Assembly: GCA_965205425.1 (NCBI GenBank)
Contig: CBDBGZ010000009.1
Location: 768,001-832,000, forward strand
Reading direction: 5' to 3'
DNA from: Nitrosopumilus sp.
Lineage (GTDB): Archaea; Thermoproteota; Nitrososphaeria; Nitrososphaerales; Nitrosopumilaceae
Length of the DNA stretch: 64,000 nt
This document shows, in pieces, positions 20,724 to 33,000 of this stretch (the first letter of the stretch is position 1; every line of letters begins with the position of its first letter). A program made the position numbers and the translations under genes. The notes under the pieces are model-generated. The model had not been told where the DNA came from and did no database searches. It worked only from the letters and a program-made list of their open reading frames with translations.

Positions 20724-21170
20724 TCAGTATCTACCTCCTAGATTTGAAATCCAATCAGGTCTTCTTTCAGATAGTACTTGTTCAGAATCTCTGAGAATTT
20801 GTCTCGTTGATAGTTTTACTCCAAAGAGTAACAATATCATCTGTATTGAATTAGTCGCCATCATCATATCTTGATGTAGAAATGCTATTGCTTCTTTACA
20901 ATTTTCAGTACGTCTAGCATGTTGCTTTTTACAATTAACAATGGTTTTGATTGCACCTATTGTATTTCCATAAACATACTTGTTTACTCCTCTGTAGGAA
21001 TTTCCTAAACTAGACATTACATAATCATAATGTCTGTCAAGTGAATGATTTTCAATGACATAACTTTGTTCCAAATTTTGGAATACAAAGCTGTCATAAT
21101 TTTCAGGAATATTATATTCCTCATTGACGATATGGCCGTCACCCATTTGATAGAAAACTTGTTGTTTCAT
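20724..21170 (-). CDS. Hypothetical element protein, first gene of the small-ORF operon
   Basis: 148 aa; N-terminus resembles the ORF at 36312. Confidence 0.65.
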   Translation of the reverse strand: MKQQVFYQMGDGHIVNEEYNIPENYDSFVFQNLEQSYVIENHSLDRHYDYVMSSLGNSYRGVNKYVYGNTIGAIKTIVNCKKQHARRTENCKEAIAFLHQDMMMATNSIQMILLLFGVKLSTRQILRDSEQVLSERRPDWISNLGGRY

Positions 21171-21203
21171 ACATTATAATACAGATAGTATGATGTAGAT
21201 TCT

Positions 21204-21222
21204 TATTTGTATAATACAAATA
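21204..21222. promoter_or_regulatory. Palindromic operator candidate, copy 1
   Basis: TATTTGTAT-A-ATACAAATA; core TTGTATAATACAA recurs at 35322 and 36263. Confidence 0.6.
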
Positions 21223-21315
21223 TTATTTTTATTATATCTATTATTTACGCCTACGCCATTTTTTGAATTCAGAAAATTGAGACAAAAAAGCATCATTTAG
21301 GATTGTAGGTGGGTT

Positions 21316-22634
21316 CAGTAGATAGGAAAGTGCTCAATTCGGATCAAAAAATAACGATCATTTTCTCAAATTATTCAGATAGAAAAAGCTTGATGTAAGT
21401 ATGTCACTCCATCAAATATGCATTGTACTTCATTTGATACCATGACACACCAAGGTGTAGTACTATCAAAAGCATTTGATATTGTCGCTAAAATAATGTA
21501 CAATATCTTATTGTTTCCGTGTTCTGATAAAAATAACTCACGGTTCCACAATGCAGATGCACACAATTCTGTCATGTCATTGTGTCTTGGAAATTCGTAT
21601 GCAGAATCAGGATTGAAGAGACTGGCAATGGAATCCCAGAATCATTCTCCAACGGGTTTCATGGTTGAGAAAAATCATATCAAAAATATCACAAAAAACA
21701 ATGCAAATTCAATTACATCGTTCACTGGATAGTACCATATCAAAATTACAAGAATTGGGAGTATTGGAGCAACCAGTTACTGTGGCAATTGACAAACATC
21801 TAATCCCAAGATATGACAAATTGCCAAACCATTCTTTAATAAAATCAAAATCTAAAAACAGTACAAACTCTTTTGAGAGTTACTGTACCATGCAGTGCGT
21901 TGAAAAAAGAATCAGGGCTCAATTAGGTTGTTATCCTTTGTATGACAACAAATCAAATGCCGATTTTGTGCGTAAATTACTCTCTGATGGCATCAATAAT
22001 GGAATCAAGATTAAACTATTGCTAGTGGATAGGGAGTTTTTCACAGCTGGAACAATTTCAGAAATAAAACAAAAGAATTTAAAATTTCTAATGCCTGCAA
22101 AAAAGAATTCTCGAATCAAAGATGCCATTTTACAATACGTTAATGGAGATAGAAAGTCAATCTCGCCATACACGATAAAATCATCATCAGGACATGTAGA
22201 ATCATTTAATCTAGTTATTCTGCCAAACAAAAATGCAAGAAAAAAATCAAATATTATTGATCAGTATGCTGTGTTTGCAACAAATATTTCACCAAAAGAA
22301 ATATCTGAAAATATACAGGACATTCCAACTGATTACAAGAAACGTTGGGGAATTGAAACAGGCTATGCATGTGTGGGAAGGTTCAGACCAAAAACCACCA
22401 GTTCAAACCAATCCATAAGATTGTTGTATTTTTACTATTCATTGATTTTGTACAATGCATGGATAATTGCTAATTTGATTATCTCAGAAGAAACTAATGT
22501 ACAAAATCACAAACCAATAATATCAATTGAAATTCTCAAATATTTCTTTGTAAAGATAATTATTCATTACTTTAGAAATAACAAAAATAATTATTTCCTA
22601 GAATGTGTAATTTGATGTACTTTCCCATCTACTG
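21316..22634 (+). mobile_element. ISH3-family (IS4-like DDE) insertion sequence with frameshifted transposase
   Basis: TIR CAGTAGAT(A/G)GGAAAGT; 5-bp TSD GGGTT (21311-15 and 22635-39); AIDKH, DREF and YKKRWGIETGY motifs; ORFs 21418..21732 and 21665..22615 joined by an extra T near 21658. Confidence 0.88.
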
Positions 22635-22699
22635 GGGTTTTTCAATACTTTTAGTCCACGTGGAGTTATTTTATAAAATCCAGGTTTTGGATACTCGAT

Positions 22700-23849
22700 T
22701 ATAGTTAAGGCATTAAATATTTGAATATTTTAACAACTCGAACGTCTCCATTATCTAGTCTCTTCTGCATGTGTTTTCTCATCTCAGTTCCATTTGCAAA
22801 GAATGTATTGGCATTACCATTTTTCTCTTCTCTCCACTGTACCTCAATTGGATTGAGTTCTGGGGTGTATGCAGGAAAATATCTTATGATTACATTTCTT
22901 TTTGATTTCTTGAGAAATTCTTTTACTCTGACACTTTTGTGGTATGATGCATTGTCTGCAAATAATAACAGTTTCTTGCCAAATTGTTTCTGCAGTGATT
23001 CTAAAAAATCAAGAAATGAGTCTGTGTTTGATTTATCATAGAACCTACAAAAAAATACGCCGTCATCCCCCAATGCACCAAATGATTGAAATTTTTCTCG
23101 AGTGTAATTAATTGGTGTGGTAATGTTATTGCCTGCAAGATACCATCCGCGCTTTATGTTAGGTGCTATCTTGTTTGTTGACTCATCCAGACATAGTGTG
23201 GTGTATCCCAATTTGGAATATTTTTTGATACTCCTTTTTGCGTTTTTTTAAAACGGGTTTGTTCCTCTTTTGAGGCTGATTTGTGATGTGTGGGACGTGG
23301 TTTTTTTGATGAGAATCCAATTCTGTGCAGCAATTCACGCATTCCTCTTGCAGAGTATAGGGTGTTGTATTTTTTATTCACATGTGTAATTACCATTCTT
23401 GTACTCCACATGAATTGGTTAAATCCAAACTTTTCTGGACCTGAAATTAGATCATTTCTTAATGATACTAGCTGTTTTTCATTTAGAAAACATCTAGAAC
23501 CAGAATATTTCTTGCGGTGTGATGCAGATATTCCCTCTTCATCCATTCGATTTAGCCAGTAGGACAGAGTTGATGGTATGACATCCAGACTTGCACATAT
23601 CACAGAATACGGAATATTTTGTTTTCTTAGTATTGCAGCCTTTAATCTTATCTTTGCTTTTGCATTTTTTTCATTCTTGCATACTTTTCTTAAAAAATTA
23701 ATGCTTGTACCTTTCATGAATTGATTTCCAGAGGAAACCTTGGATTGTCTTGTACTCTTTGACATGGTTTCATGAATTGATTCTACGATCTAGATCTTTT
23801 GAGTTAAAATACTTGACAGTTTATTCAAAATTTATATGCCTAAACTATA
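22700..23849 (-). mobile_element. IS630-family element (two-ORF transposase)
   Basis: TIR TATAGTT(T/A)AGGCA with TA target; HTH ORF 23166..23765 plus DDE ORF 22705..23211 (DES, DNASYH, PELNPIE); poly-A slippery run at the ORF junction. Confidence 0.92.
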
Positions 23850-24105
23850 GTTTAGCATATTTTAGAATAGTTCTTGACCATCTCACTCGATGTAGAAACA
23901 ATCGTTCTCCTCCTGATTTTTTAATTCTAGTTTTTTCAGAATTAGTAAGTTTAAACTTTTTAGCAAGAACTTTTTCGATATCTAAAACAGAATGTTCTTT
24001 TCCATCTTTTGCTGATTTCAATAATGGAAGTCTTATTAGAGATTCAGCCGGATATGCTATGAACACAATACACATATGTAAGTTAAATCATTTTCTTGTA
24101 GATAA

Positions 24106-25527
24106 TTGAAAAATATAAAATCTAAATTACTATATGGTGACAAAATATCAAATTCTGATACTGACCCAAAAATCTATTCAACAATCTATGCTATGCATAA
24201 ATACTGGGCAAAAAAACCTCACAATCTAATTAATGAATATATTAAAAAATTTTCCAAGAAAAATGATATTGTATTAGATCCATTCTCAGGATCTGGAATT
24301 TCATTAATTGAATCATATAATTCAAAAAGAAAAGCAATTGGGATTGATATTAATCCCACAGCTTTTGCAATTACTAAAGGAATCTTAACTCCAGTAGATA
24401 TTGAAAAGTTTGAAAATGAATTTTCAAAAATTGAAAATCAATGTAAAGAAAAAATAAATTTATTTTATAAAATTAAAAGAAATAAAAAAACATATGTTGC
24501 TACACATTTTGTTTGGATAGATGGAAAACTAAATGAAATAAGATACAAAAATGGAAAAATGGTAAAATTAAAACCAACTCTATCTGATGTTCAATTAGCA
24601 AAATCATTTACATATGCAAAAATAAAACATTTCTATCCAAAAGACAAACTATTTGATAATCCTAGAATAAACGCTAATTCAAAATCTAGAGTTTGTGACC
24701 TTTTTACCCCTAGAAATACGACTGCACTAGCGATTTTACTTGATAAAATCAATAAAATTCGTGACAAAAATATTCGTGACATATTTCGATTATGTTTTTC
24801 ATCTATGTTGGGTCAAACTAGCAAAATGGTATTTGCAATAAATAATTCTATAATTAATGGTGAAAAAAAGAAATTAAGTACACGCAAGGTAGGAAGTTGG
24901 ATAATTGGATATTGGGTTCCAAATGAACATTTTGAATTGAATGTTTGGAATTGTTTTGTAACACGATATATGAAAATACTTTCAGCAAAAAAAATACAAC
25001 AAGAAAAATTTGGAAAACCTGAATTTGCAACAAATTTTAAAAAATTGAAAAAAACAGATATTTTTTTAATAAATAAATCTGCCATTCAAGGATTAAAGAA
25101 AATTCCTAACAATTCTATTGATTATATTATTACTGATCCACCTCATGGAGATAGAATTCCATATTTGGAATTAAGTCAGATGTGGAATAGTTGGTTAAAA
25201 AATAAAGTAAATTACAAAAATGAAATTATTATTAGTAATTCAAAAAGTAGGAATAAAAATATTGAAAACTATCTAAAATTATTAGAAGATACAGTATCAG
25301 AAATGATTAGAGTATTGAAACCCAATAAACGATTAACATTCATTTTCAATACTCATAGTGAAAGAACATGGCAAGAAATTTTTAAATTCACAAAAGATAT
25401 TGGTTTGAAAATAGATGATATTTCAACAATGAACTATTCTCGTAATTCTGTTGTTCAAGAGCATAAAGAAAATGGATTACGTTTTGATTTTGTATTGACA
25501 TTTAAAAAATTACAAAAAACGAATTAA
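24106..25527 (+). CDS. DNA amino-methyltransferase (N6A/N4C, alpha-type motif order)
   Basis: MHKYWAKKP, motif I DPFSGSG, motif IV TDPPHGD, RVLKPNK. Confidence 0.88.
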   Translation: MKNIKSKLLYGDKISNSDTDPKIYSTIYAMHKYWAKKPHNLINEYIKKFSKKNDIVLDPFSGSGISLIESYNSKRKAIGIDINPTAFAITKGILTPVDIEKFENEFSKIENQCKEKINLFYKIKRNKKTYVATHFVWIDGKLNEIRYKNGKMVKLKPTLSDVQLAKSFTYAKIKHFYPKDKLFDNPRINANSKSRVCDLFTPRNTTALAILLDKINKIRDKNIRDIFRLCFSSMLGQTSKMVFAINNSIINGEKKKLSTRKVGSWIIGYWVPNEHFELNVWNCFVTRYMKILSAKKIQQEKFGKPEFATNFKKLKKTDIFLINKSAIQGLKKIPNNSIDYIITDPPHGDRIPYLELSQMWNSWLKNKVNYKNEIIISNSKSRNKNIENYLKLLEDTVSEMIRVLKPNKRLTFIFNTHSERTWQEIFKFTKDIGLKIDDISTMNYSRNSVVQEHKENGLRFDFVLTFKKLQKTN

Positions 25528-27001
25528 TTTTTGAATTTATTTTTTAACCAATTGATTTCTATATCTCTATTATGAATATACTCTGGATTTTGTTGAACAC
25601 CCAAAATGAAGCGTTTTTCAGCTAATAGAAAACGAATAAAATGATATATGTAGTTTATTTTTCCAATTTCTTTTCTTGATGAAAATATACGATTTCCATT
25701 TTTTGTTAATAGTTCATTAGGATTTTCAGAAACACAGTCTATGTTTTTTTTGAAAAAGGCTTCATCACATCTTTGAATAATAAAATTTTTAATTTCAGGT
25801 TCAAGATTGTTATTTTCCATATGTTTCCTTAGAAGGGGAGGAACAAAGTAAAGATCATTTTCTATCCATCTTGTAAAAGTTCTTGTAAAACCAGGTTGTA
25901 TTGTAATCCAAGTTAAACTATCCATTGATGAAATTTCATCTATATTTTTTACACAAAATCTACATACTTGATTATACATATACAAAAATAATTTTTTAAA
26001 TTGTTTCTGATTAATCAGTTTAAGTCTTGATGTACCTAAATACAGTAAATGCATAGATTGTGATAAAAACATACCTAAAAGATCTGCTGGTTCTGCCTCT
26101 TCCATATGTTGAACGTGCGTTTCTAATTCAGATTCTCCTACAATTTTGTATATTTGAAAGAAATACAGTTTATTTTCTTGAAAATTTGTTTTATCAAGAC
26201 GTTTTGAAAATTCCCATTCAAAAGTTCTTTCTTTGTCATTTAAACATGGAATAGAAACTGTAATTATATTATTTTTAATTGAGATTAATCTTCCTATAGC
26301 TGTTCTAATTCCTACAAATGTTTCATCTTTTGTTTTTGAATCTAAATAAATTCTTTTAAAATTAATTGGAGAATTATGAGACATTATTGTTTTTCCATCA
26401 TCAAAAAGATAGTAAGCATATTTCCAATCGTATAAACTATCATACCATTTTTTTTCTACTAATTTTGAATTACGATCATGGTTTGGATGAATTTCATTTG
26501 GAAGATCTATACCACATTTTTCAGAAAACTCTAAGACTTTAGAATCATCACCTGTATTGATTAATTCTAAAATCTGCTCCCAAGCAATTAATGAGCTACT
26601 TTTTTTGTAGGATTTTCTTTATTTGGTTCTTGTAACCAAACATCTAATGAAATAAAATTCTCTAATTCTGGGCAAAGTCCATGATACACTAACAGATTTG
26701 TTTCTTGGCCACCCCAATTTTGAATTACTACCTTGCCTCCAGGAACTTTTTCTTTGTTAAGAATCTCTAATGTGATTGGAAATCTATGAAAATCCAACCA
26801 ACCCCGTCTACTGTTATCAGTGACACCAGCAAAGATTTTACTCATTTTTAATCTCTCAAAATTATTTAGATCTCTTGGTAATGTAGTTAAGAATTGATAT
26901 TCACCATCAATTTCATCTAAAATTTTTTTGATTTTTTCTCCAGAGAGTTTTTTTGCATCAAAATCTTTTTTAATTTTATTAACAGCCTCTTTTAGATTCA
27001 T
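25524..27001 (-). pseudogene. ~492-aa unknown protein split by a frameshift at an A7 run (~26600-26606)
   Basis: The 286-aa ORF frame stays open upstream to the A7 run at the end of the 137-aa ORF; adding one A fuses them; ATGA-coupled to the helicase gene. Confidence 0.7.
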
Positions 27002-30000
27002 GATTCACCTCTTGTATCAATTTTAGGTCGTTCTTTAATTCCTGAAATTGATGTATTATTGTAATTCCAATAATCATCAAATGTTTTTACATCTTCATCA
27101 ACTGTGTTTTTTGCTGAATGTATTTCGATTATTGTTTCATTATTAGCAGTACCAAAATTTTGATAATCAAATAGAAATCGTAGTCCTTTATCTAATCTAA
27201 TAGATTTTTGTTTATCTATAACAACAAATCTTCTATGAATAGGATTATCATATCCTTGCTCATCAAATGAAACAATTTGAATATTATATCCTGAAGAATT
27301 AAAGAACGATTGATCTCTAATTATTGAAGCATGATCATGTCCACAAGTAACAATTTGAATAACCACATTTTTGTTTAAATGTCTACAAAGATAACTAATA
27401 TAGAAACGCAAATTTTCATTTCCTCTAGGATTTCTCATATGCCCATCAAAAATTTTTATTTCATAATTTGCAGAATCTAGAATTTTATTAAAAACATTTA
27501 CTGCATCTTTTAAACTGTCTCGATCTCTTCTTTTTATTCTATAATTTTCAATTTTTTCTAAATTGGTAAGATCATTTAGATTAATTGTTTGCGAATTTGC
27601 TTCAATCTCTTCAATTTTTTTTAATGATTCCTTAATTGGTTGATCAGCAGATGTATAATGTATTGTTGATACTTCGTTCCATAATTTTTCAGTTAGTGCA
27701 CCAGAAATTTCTAAAACTTTTCTTGTTTCATTATATGGATCTACTATGAGAAGTGTATCTCCTAATTCGTCTTTTTTGGCTTCGAAATAATCATGTTTTA
27801 AAACTAAAACATCTACTCCAGCCTCAATCAATTTTCTTAGAATAGAATGATTAGTTAAATTGAGTTGTTTTAGGTAAACAGTAATTGAAACACTTTTTTC
27901 TCCAGTTCTAATTGATCCAAGAATATCTGCCCATTCTTTCAAACCTTCATCATTAAAATCAATTTGATTTGTAGAGATTAAAGGAGTAAAAATCACAATT
28001 TTCTTTTTAGCTGAACGAAGATTATTTTTGATTTCTATAACATTTTCTTTGTTTCCAGGTAAAGAAAGATTTTTTTTAAATTCGTCTTTAGATTTAATGT
28101 TCAGCTTTTTTTTTGAATCTTGATCCGGAACAACTAAGTTTGAACATTCTTGTAATAGTGGTAAAATTAACTGTTTGTCAATTAATTTAATATCACGTTT
28201 ATTTCGATATGACCACAAACATCTCAAACAACCATGATCACAATTTTCATGATATGTTTCATATTCATCTTCAACAATTCTATTTGCTCTACGTAATACT
28301 TCTTCAAATCTATCAAAAATTACATCAACATAGCCAGCACCACCATCAACATTATCGTATAGAATAATTTCACCATCTTTCACAATTCCAGAAATTTCTC
28401 CTTCACCTGACTCACAAATAGATTGTCCCGCAAAAATTATGGCATTTTTTAGAGTCGTTAAGAATGTTAAAGATGGATTCTTTGTCTGATTTTCTTTTAT
28501 TTTCTCATTTATTTTAATGGAAATTACATTTGTAGGCATTTCATGATGTAATGCTAAGTTTGTCCAAGAACCTGTACAACGTTGTTTTTTTCGATTGAAT
28601 TTTTGATTTAGTGGATAATGTGGTTTTTCAGCTTTTCTTTTTTTCTTATTAGGTTTTTTTGCTCTACCACACTTGCTACATATTTGCAATGTTGTTTCTT
28701 TTCTTTGATCAATTTCATCAGGATCTGCATAATCAGTATATACATCATTTACGATTAGTAACAGACGAATATTTCCATAATTTTTAAGGTCAAATGAGTA
28801 ATTTCCAACTTCAAATCTTGGTTTTTCTTCAGGATTTACTTCAGGTAGAAATATGTTAAATTGTGCTTCTCTATAGTCACTACTTTCACTAAGTGATTTT
28901 TGGGTTTTTTGAATAAAGATCTTTTTTGGTGAAATAGAACTGATTGAATCAGGAGTATGCATTATTTTTTTACATAATGGACATTCTTTTCCTGTTAGTG
29001 ATTGAGTGCTATAGAATTTTAAGCAATTATTACAAATGTAGAAAAAGTTTCTATCTGGATTAGTTAGATCTATTCCTATAGATTGATATTTTTTCTTTCG
29101 ATAAATGATTTCACAATTTGGTGCAAATTCTACAATAGCTAATTGTCTAGAACGACCACCATGCATTTGATTACCTTCCATATCCTCAATTGAAACAGAT
29201 AATCCTGGAAATGCAAATCTTGGAAGGAAATTAACATCAAATAGATGATTTTCTAAAGGTTTTCTCTCTAAACTCTTACGTTTTTCCCATAATTGGTTGA
29301 GTTTGTTCGAGTCATAGAAATCAGCTTGATCACCTTTTGTTGCAAAATCATTTATTCCATCTTTACAAGCTTGTAATTCTTGAATGAATACATCTAATGA
29401 ATCATTAAATGTAACTGTCTAGAGTTTTGAAGTACTTTCTTTAATATTTTTTATCTATATCTTTTCTGATCAGTGACAAATTACAATATACAATTGTCAG
29501 TATATGATGAGCTGGAATATTATCGTAACAGATGTCACTCGTTGGAGCAAGAAAACCGTCAGTTACGCAAAGATATTGAATCACTACACAGAGAAATTGC
29601 AGAACTAAAACAAACAGTGTCTACACTTGTTGCAAGAAATATCAAAGCAAAACCAAACCAGACTGAAACTGCAAAAAAGAAGAAAACATCAAGACATCCT
29701 AGAAAAAGCAGAAGCAGACGGGCACACATTGATGATGCCATTACAGTTGACCAAAAAGAGTGCAACACATGTGGCAAATCACTCTCAGAACCAACTGATT
29801 CATACACCAGAATAGTAGAAGACATCATTCCTGCAAAAGCAGTTGTGACAAAATATACGATAGTTAGACGATACTGCACAAACTGCAAAAAACAAATCTC
29901 GGGTAACATTCACACTGTACTGTCAAATGAAAGGTTTGGAATTAGGCTCATGGTGCTAATCACATCACTAAAAACTATCGGATTATCGTATGGTAAAATA

Positions 30001-33000
30001 TCTCATCTTTTGCAGATGCTCTTCTCACTGCACATTACAGAATCTGCAATTAATCATGCAGTATCAATAGTATCAAAAGCATTTGGGAGCAGATATGATA
30101 CAATGATTGTAGAGTTAAAAGAAGATCTAAACATACATGGTGATGAGACAAGTTGGAGGATAGATGGCCAGAACCACTGGTTGTGGGCATTTGTGAGTAA
30201 ATGGACTGTAATTTACGAGATTGACAAATCACGTTCAATGGATGTTCCCAAGAGAATTCTCAAGGAGTATAATGGCAACATTACAAGTGATTCGTACCCT
30301 GCATGGAACCATGTTGGAACAACTCACCAGAAATGTCACATCCATTATCTCAGAGAGGTTAATGATACCATTAATCACAAGAATCCCGGACCAGAATTTG
30401 CACCATTTGCCAAGAATCTCAAGAAAATAATTTATGACTCTCATGGTGTGGCAAAAATAAAATCAGAATCAGAAAGAATCCATGCAAAAAAGAATCTTGA
30501 AAGGAGAATTAATCACATCATATCAAAAAAATACACAGAGAAAAACTGTATCAGGTTTGTAAAAAGATTGAAACGTGAGAGAAAAATGCTTTTTACATTC
30601 CTAATTACTGGAACTGATTCACACAATAACACAGCAGAGAGGGCAATCAGACCAAATGTGATAATTCGTAAAATTACAAACGGTCATAGAACCATTCATG
30701 GTGCCGATTCTCATAAGATACTGATGAGTATAAAGGAGACATGCAGATTACGAGGATTAAACTTTCATGATTATTCTTTAGAATATCTTGGAGATTTTAC
30801 TTCAAAACTCTAGACAGTTACCATTAAATTCATTTTCAAAACTTTCTAATTTCTCATCAATATAGTTTGTGATATTTACATCATTAGGAAGATCTAATCC
30901 TGCTAAGACATTTCTAATACTACTAGTAATAGGATCTTTATTTTTCTGTATTTGTAATTCTATTTTTGCAATATTTTCTTCTCGTTCAGATAAAAATTCT
31001 ATTACAGATTTAGAAAGAATTTCTTTTGTTTCTGAAAAAACTAATTGTTCTATGATCAATGAATTAAGATGTCTGCTGATAAGTTCATTATTTTCAATTT
31101 TTATTGGTGGAGGATTAAAATGTCCTTTAATCAAATCTTGTGGATTTCTATAATGAAATTCATCGATTGGACTATTAAAGAAAAAAGTATTGATAAATGA
31201 AACACCGCTTCTTCTTCCTGCTCTACCAACTCTTTGTAGATAACTTGCAGGAGATGGAGGAGATTTGTAAAGACAAACTGTCGATAAATCCCCTATATCT
31301 ACACCTAATTCTAGAGTTGGGGTTGCAACAATAACATCAATTTTACGCTCATCTTGAGCATATGGCATAAACTGTACTTGTATTCTGTTTTTTTCTTCTT
31401 CAGGAATTGCTGCTGTATGTTCACGTACACTCATTCTTGACGGAGCAGTATCTTTGAATTGTTTGAAGAAATGATTATCCCCAACTTCTTCACAAAAATC
31501 TTCAAACGTTTTTTCATTAGTTTTTCCAGGACATATCTTTTGACGTGTATAATTCCTACATTGATTATGAGGAAGATTCATGTAATTATTTTTACATTCA
31601 GGACATTTCTGAATATGATTAGGAGTGGATACTAGTAATTTTGAAGTTGAAACCATAAAAGCAGTTTTAGGCTCTGCAAATCTGAATTTTTTTAATCCTC
31701 TAGGAATAATATATCCTCTTTTTTCCATAAAATTCCAAACTGTTTCTAAAATGAAACTTATATCATCATCATCATTTAATTCAAAAACTTTCTGAGTGTA
31801 TTTGATGTATTTGTTTTTATTTCTAATTATATTATGAATTTTTACTCCATCTTCAATTTTCTTTGAAGTACCAGAAACATCTCTCTCAAATCCATGAGCA
31901 TATGTTTTGCTCTCACCTCGTCGATCTTCTAATCCTTCTATTGCTTGTTCTGTTCTTATCATATTAAGAATTGTTGTAATGAATTTGTTAAACTCTTGAG
32001 ATGATGTAGAAGTAAGTTCAATAATATTTTCAATTTTTGAAGAAACTGTTCTATTTGGTTTAATTTTTGATAATAAAGACATCCATTGAGGTTTAAATTT
32101 CTCCCAAGAGTTTAAACCTCTATAATCATATTGAATTAATCCTAATCTTTCTAAGGAAAGTCTAAGTCTATTTGCATTTTCAAATAATATTTTAGTTTTA
32201 AATTCTTCTCTGGATCGATCAAATGATTCAAAATTAAATGAATACCATTCTTCTTCTATAGTTTCTATCACAATTTCCTGAAATCTATCAAAACCAATGG
32301 GCTCTTTTTCTAACAGAATAATTTCATTCAATTTTTGACTCATCAATTGTTTTATTGCAGTATCTTCATGAGCAAAATCTAACCAACCTGCAAGTTCTGC
32401 CGCATCTTGTCTGCTATCAGTAAAAGTCAAAAATTTTCTATTTTCAACATGATCATATATCATATTGAAAAGATTTACAGTTGCTTGTTTTTCTGCCATA
32501 TTAAATTTAGTTACAGCCCAACCACTACCATAACTATAATGACAAAATGGACAATCTCTTGGTCTCCAACTTGATGTTACATCTGATTTTGGAGGATATG
32601 TCTCAATTAGAATTAGATTTTCTGAATTACAAATATTTTCATGAATATTGTTTATACAAACTGATGATGATATAGGCGAAAAACTTCCACAATCAAGACA
32701 TTTCTTATATTTTCTAATTTTATGATCAACTTCTTCATCTTCTTCTTCAACTTCATTATTTTTAATCATTGAATACCATAATTCATCACTATCATTTTCT
32801 GACTCATCAAATGATATTCGTTTAATTGGGTTTGGTTCTTCTGGTTGTTGATTTTCTGCAAGTTCTAATATTTTATTTCTTTCAGGAACGTTTAATCCAT
32901 CTTCTAAGTCAGATTTGCTAACTTTTGAAACATAAAATTCATGTGAGCAATTTCTACAAACTCCTAATTCTTCTACAATTTTTTTACATTCATCACATTT

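Larger units (their letters stand above)
21241..24075 (-). pseudogene. Stand-alone Mrr N-terminal (wHTH) domain gene interrupted by IS630 and ISH3-like elements
   Basis: Removing both IS with their TSDs restores ...RVRWSRTILKYAKL-IEYPKPGFYKITPRGLKVLKNP-PTILNDAFLSQFSEFKKWRRRK*. Confidence 0.85.
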
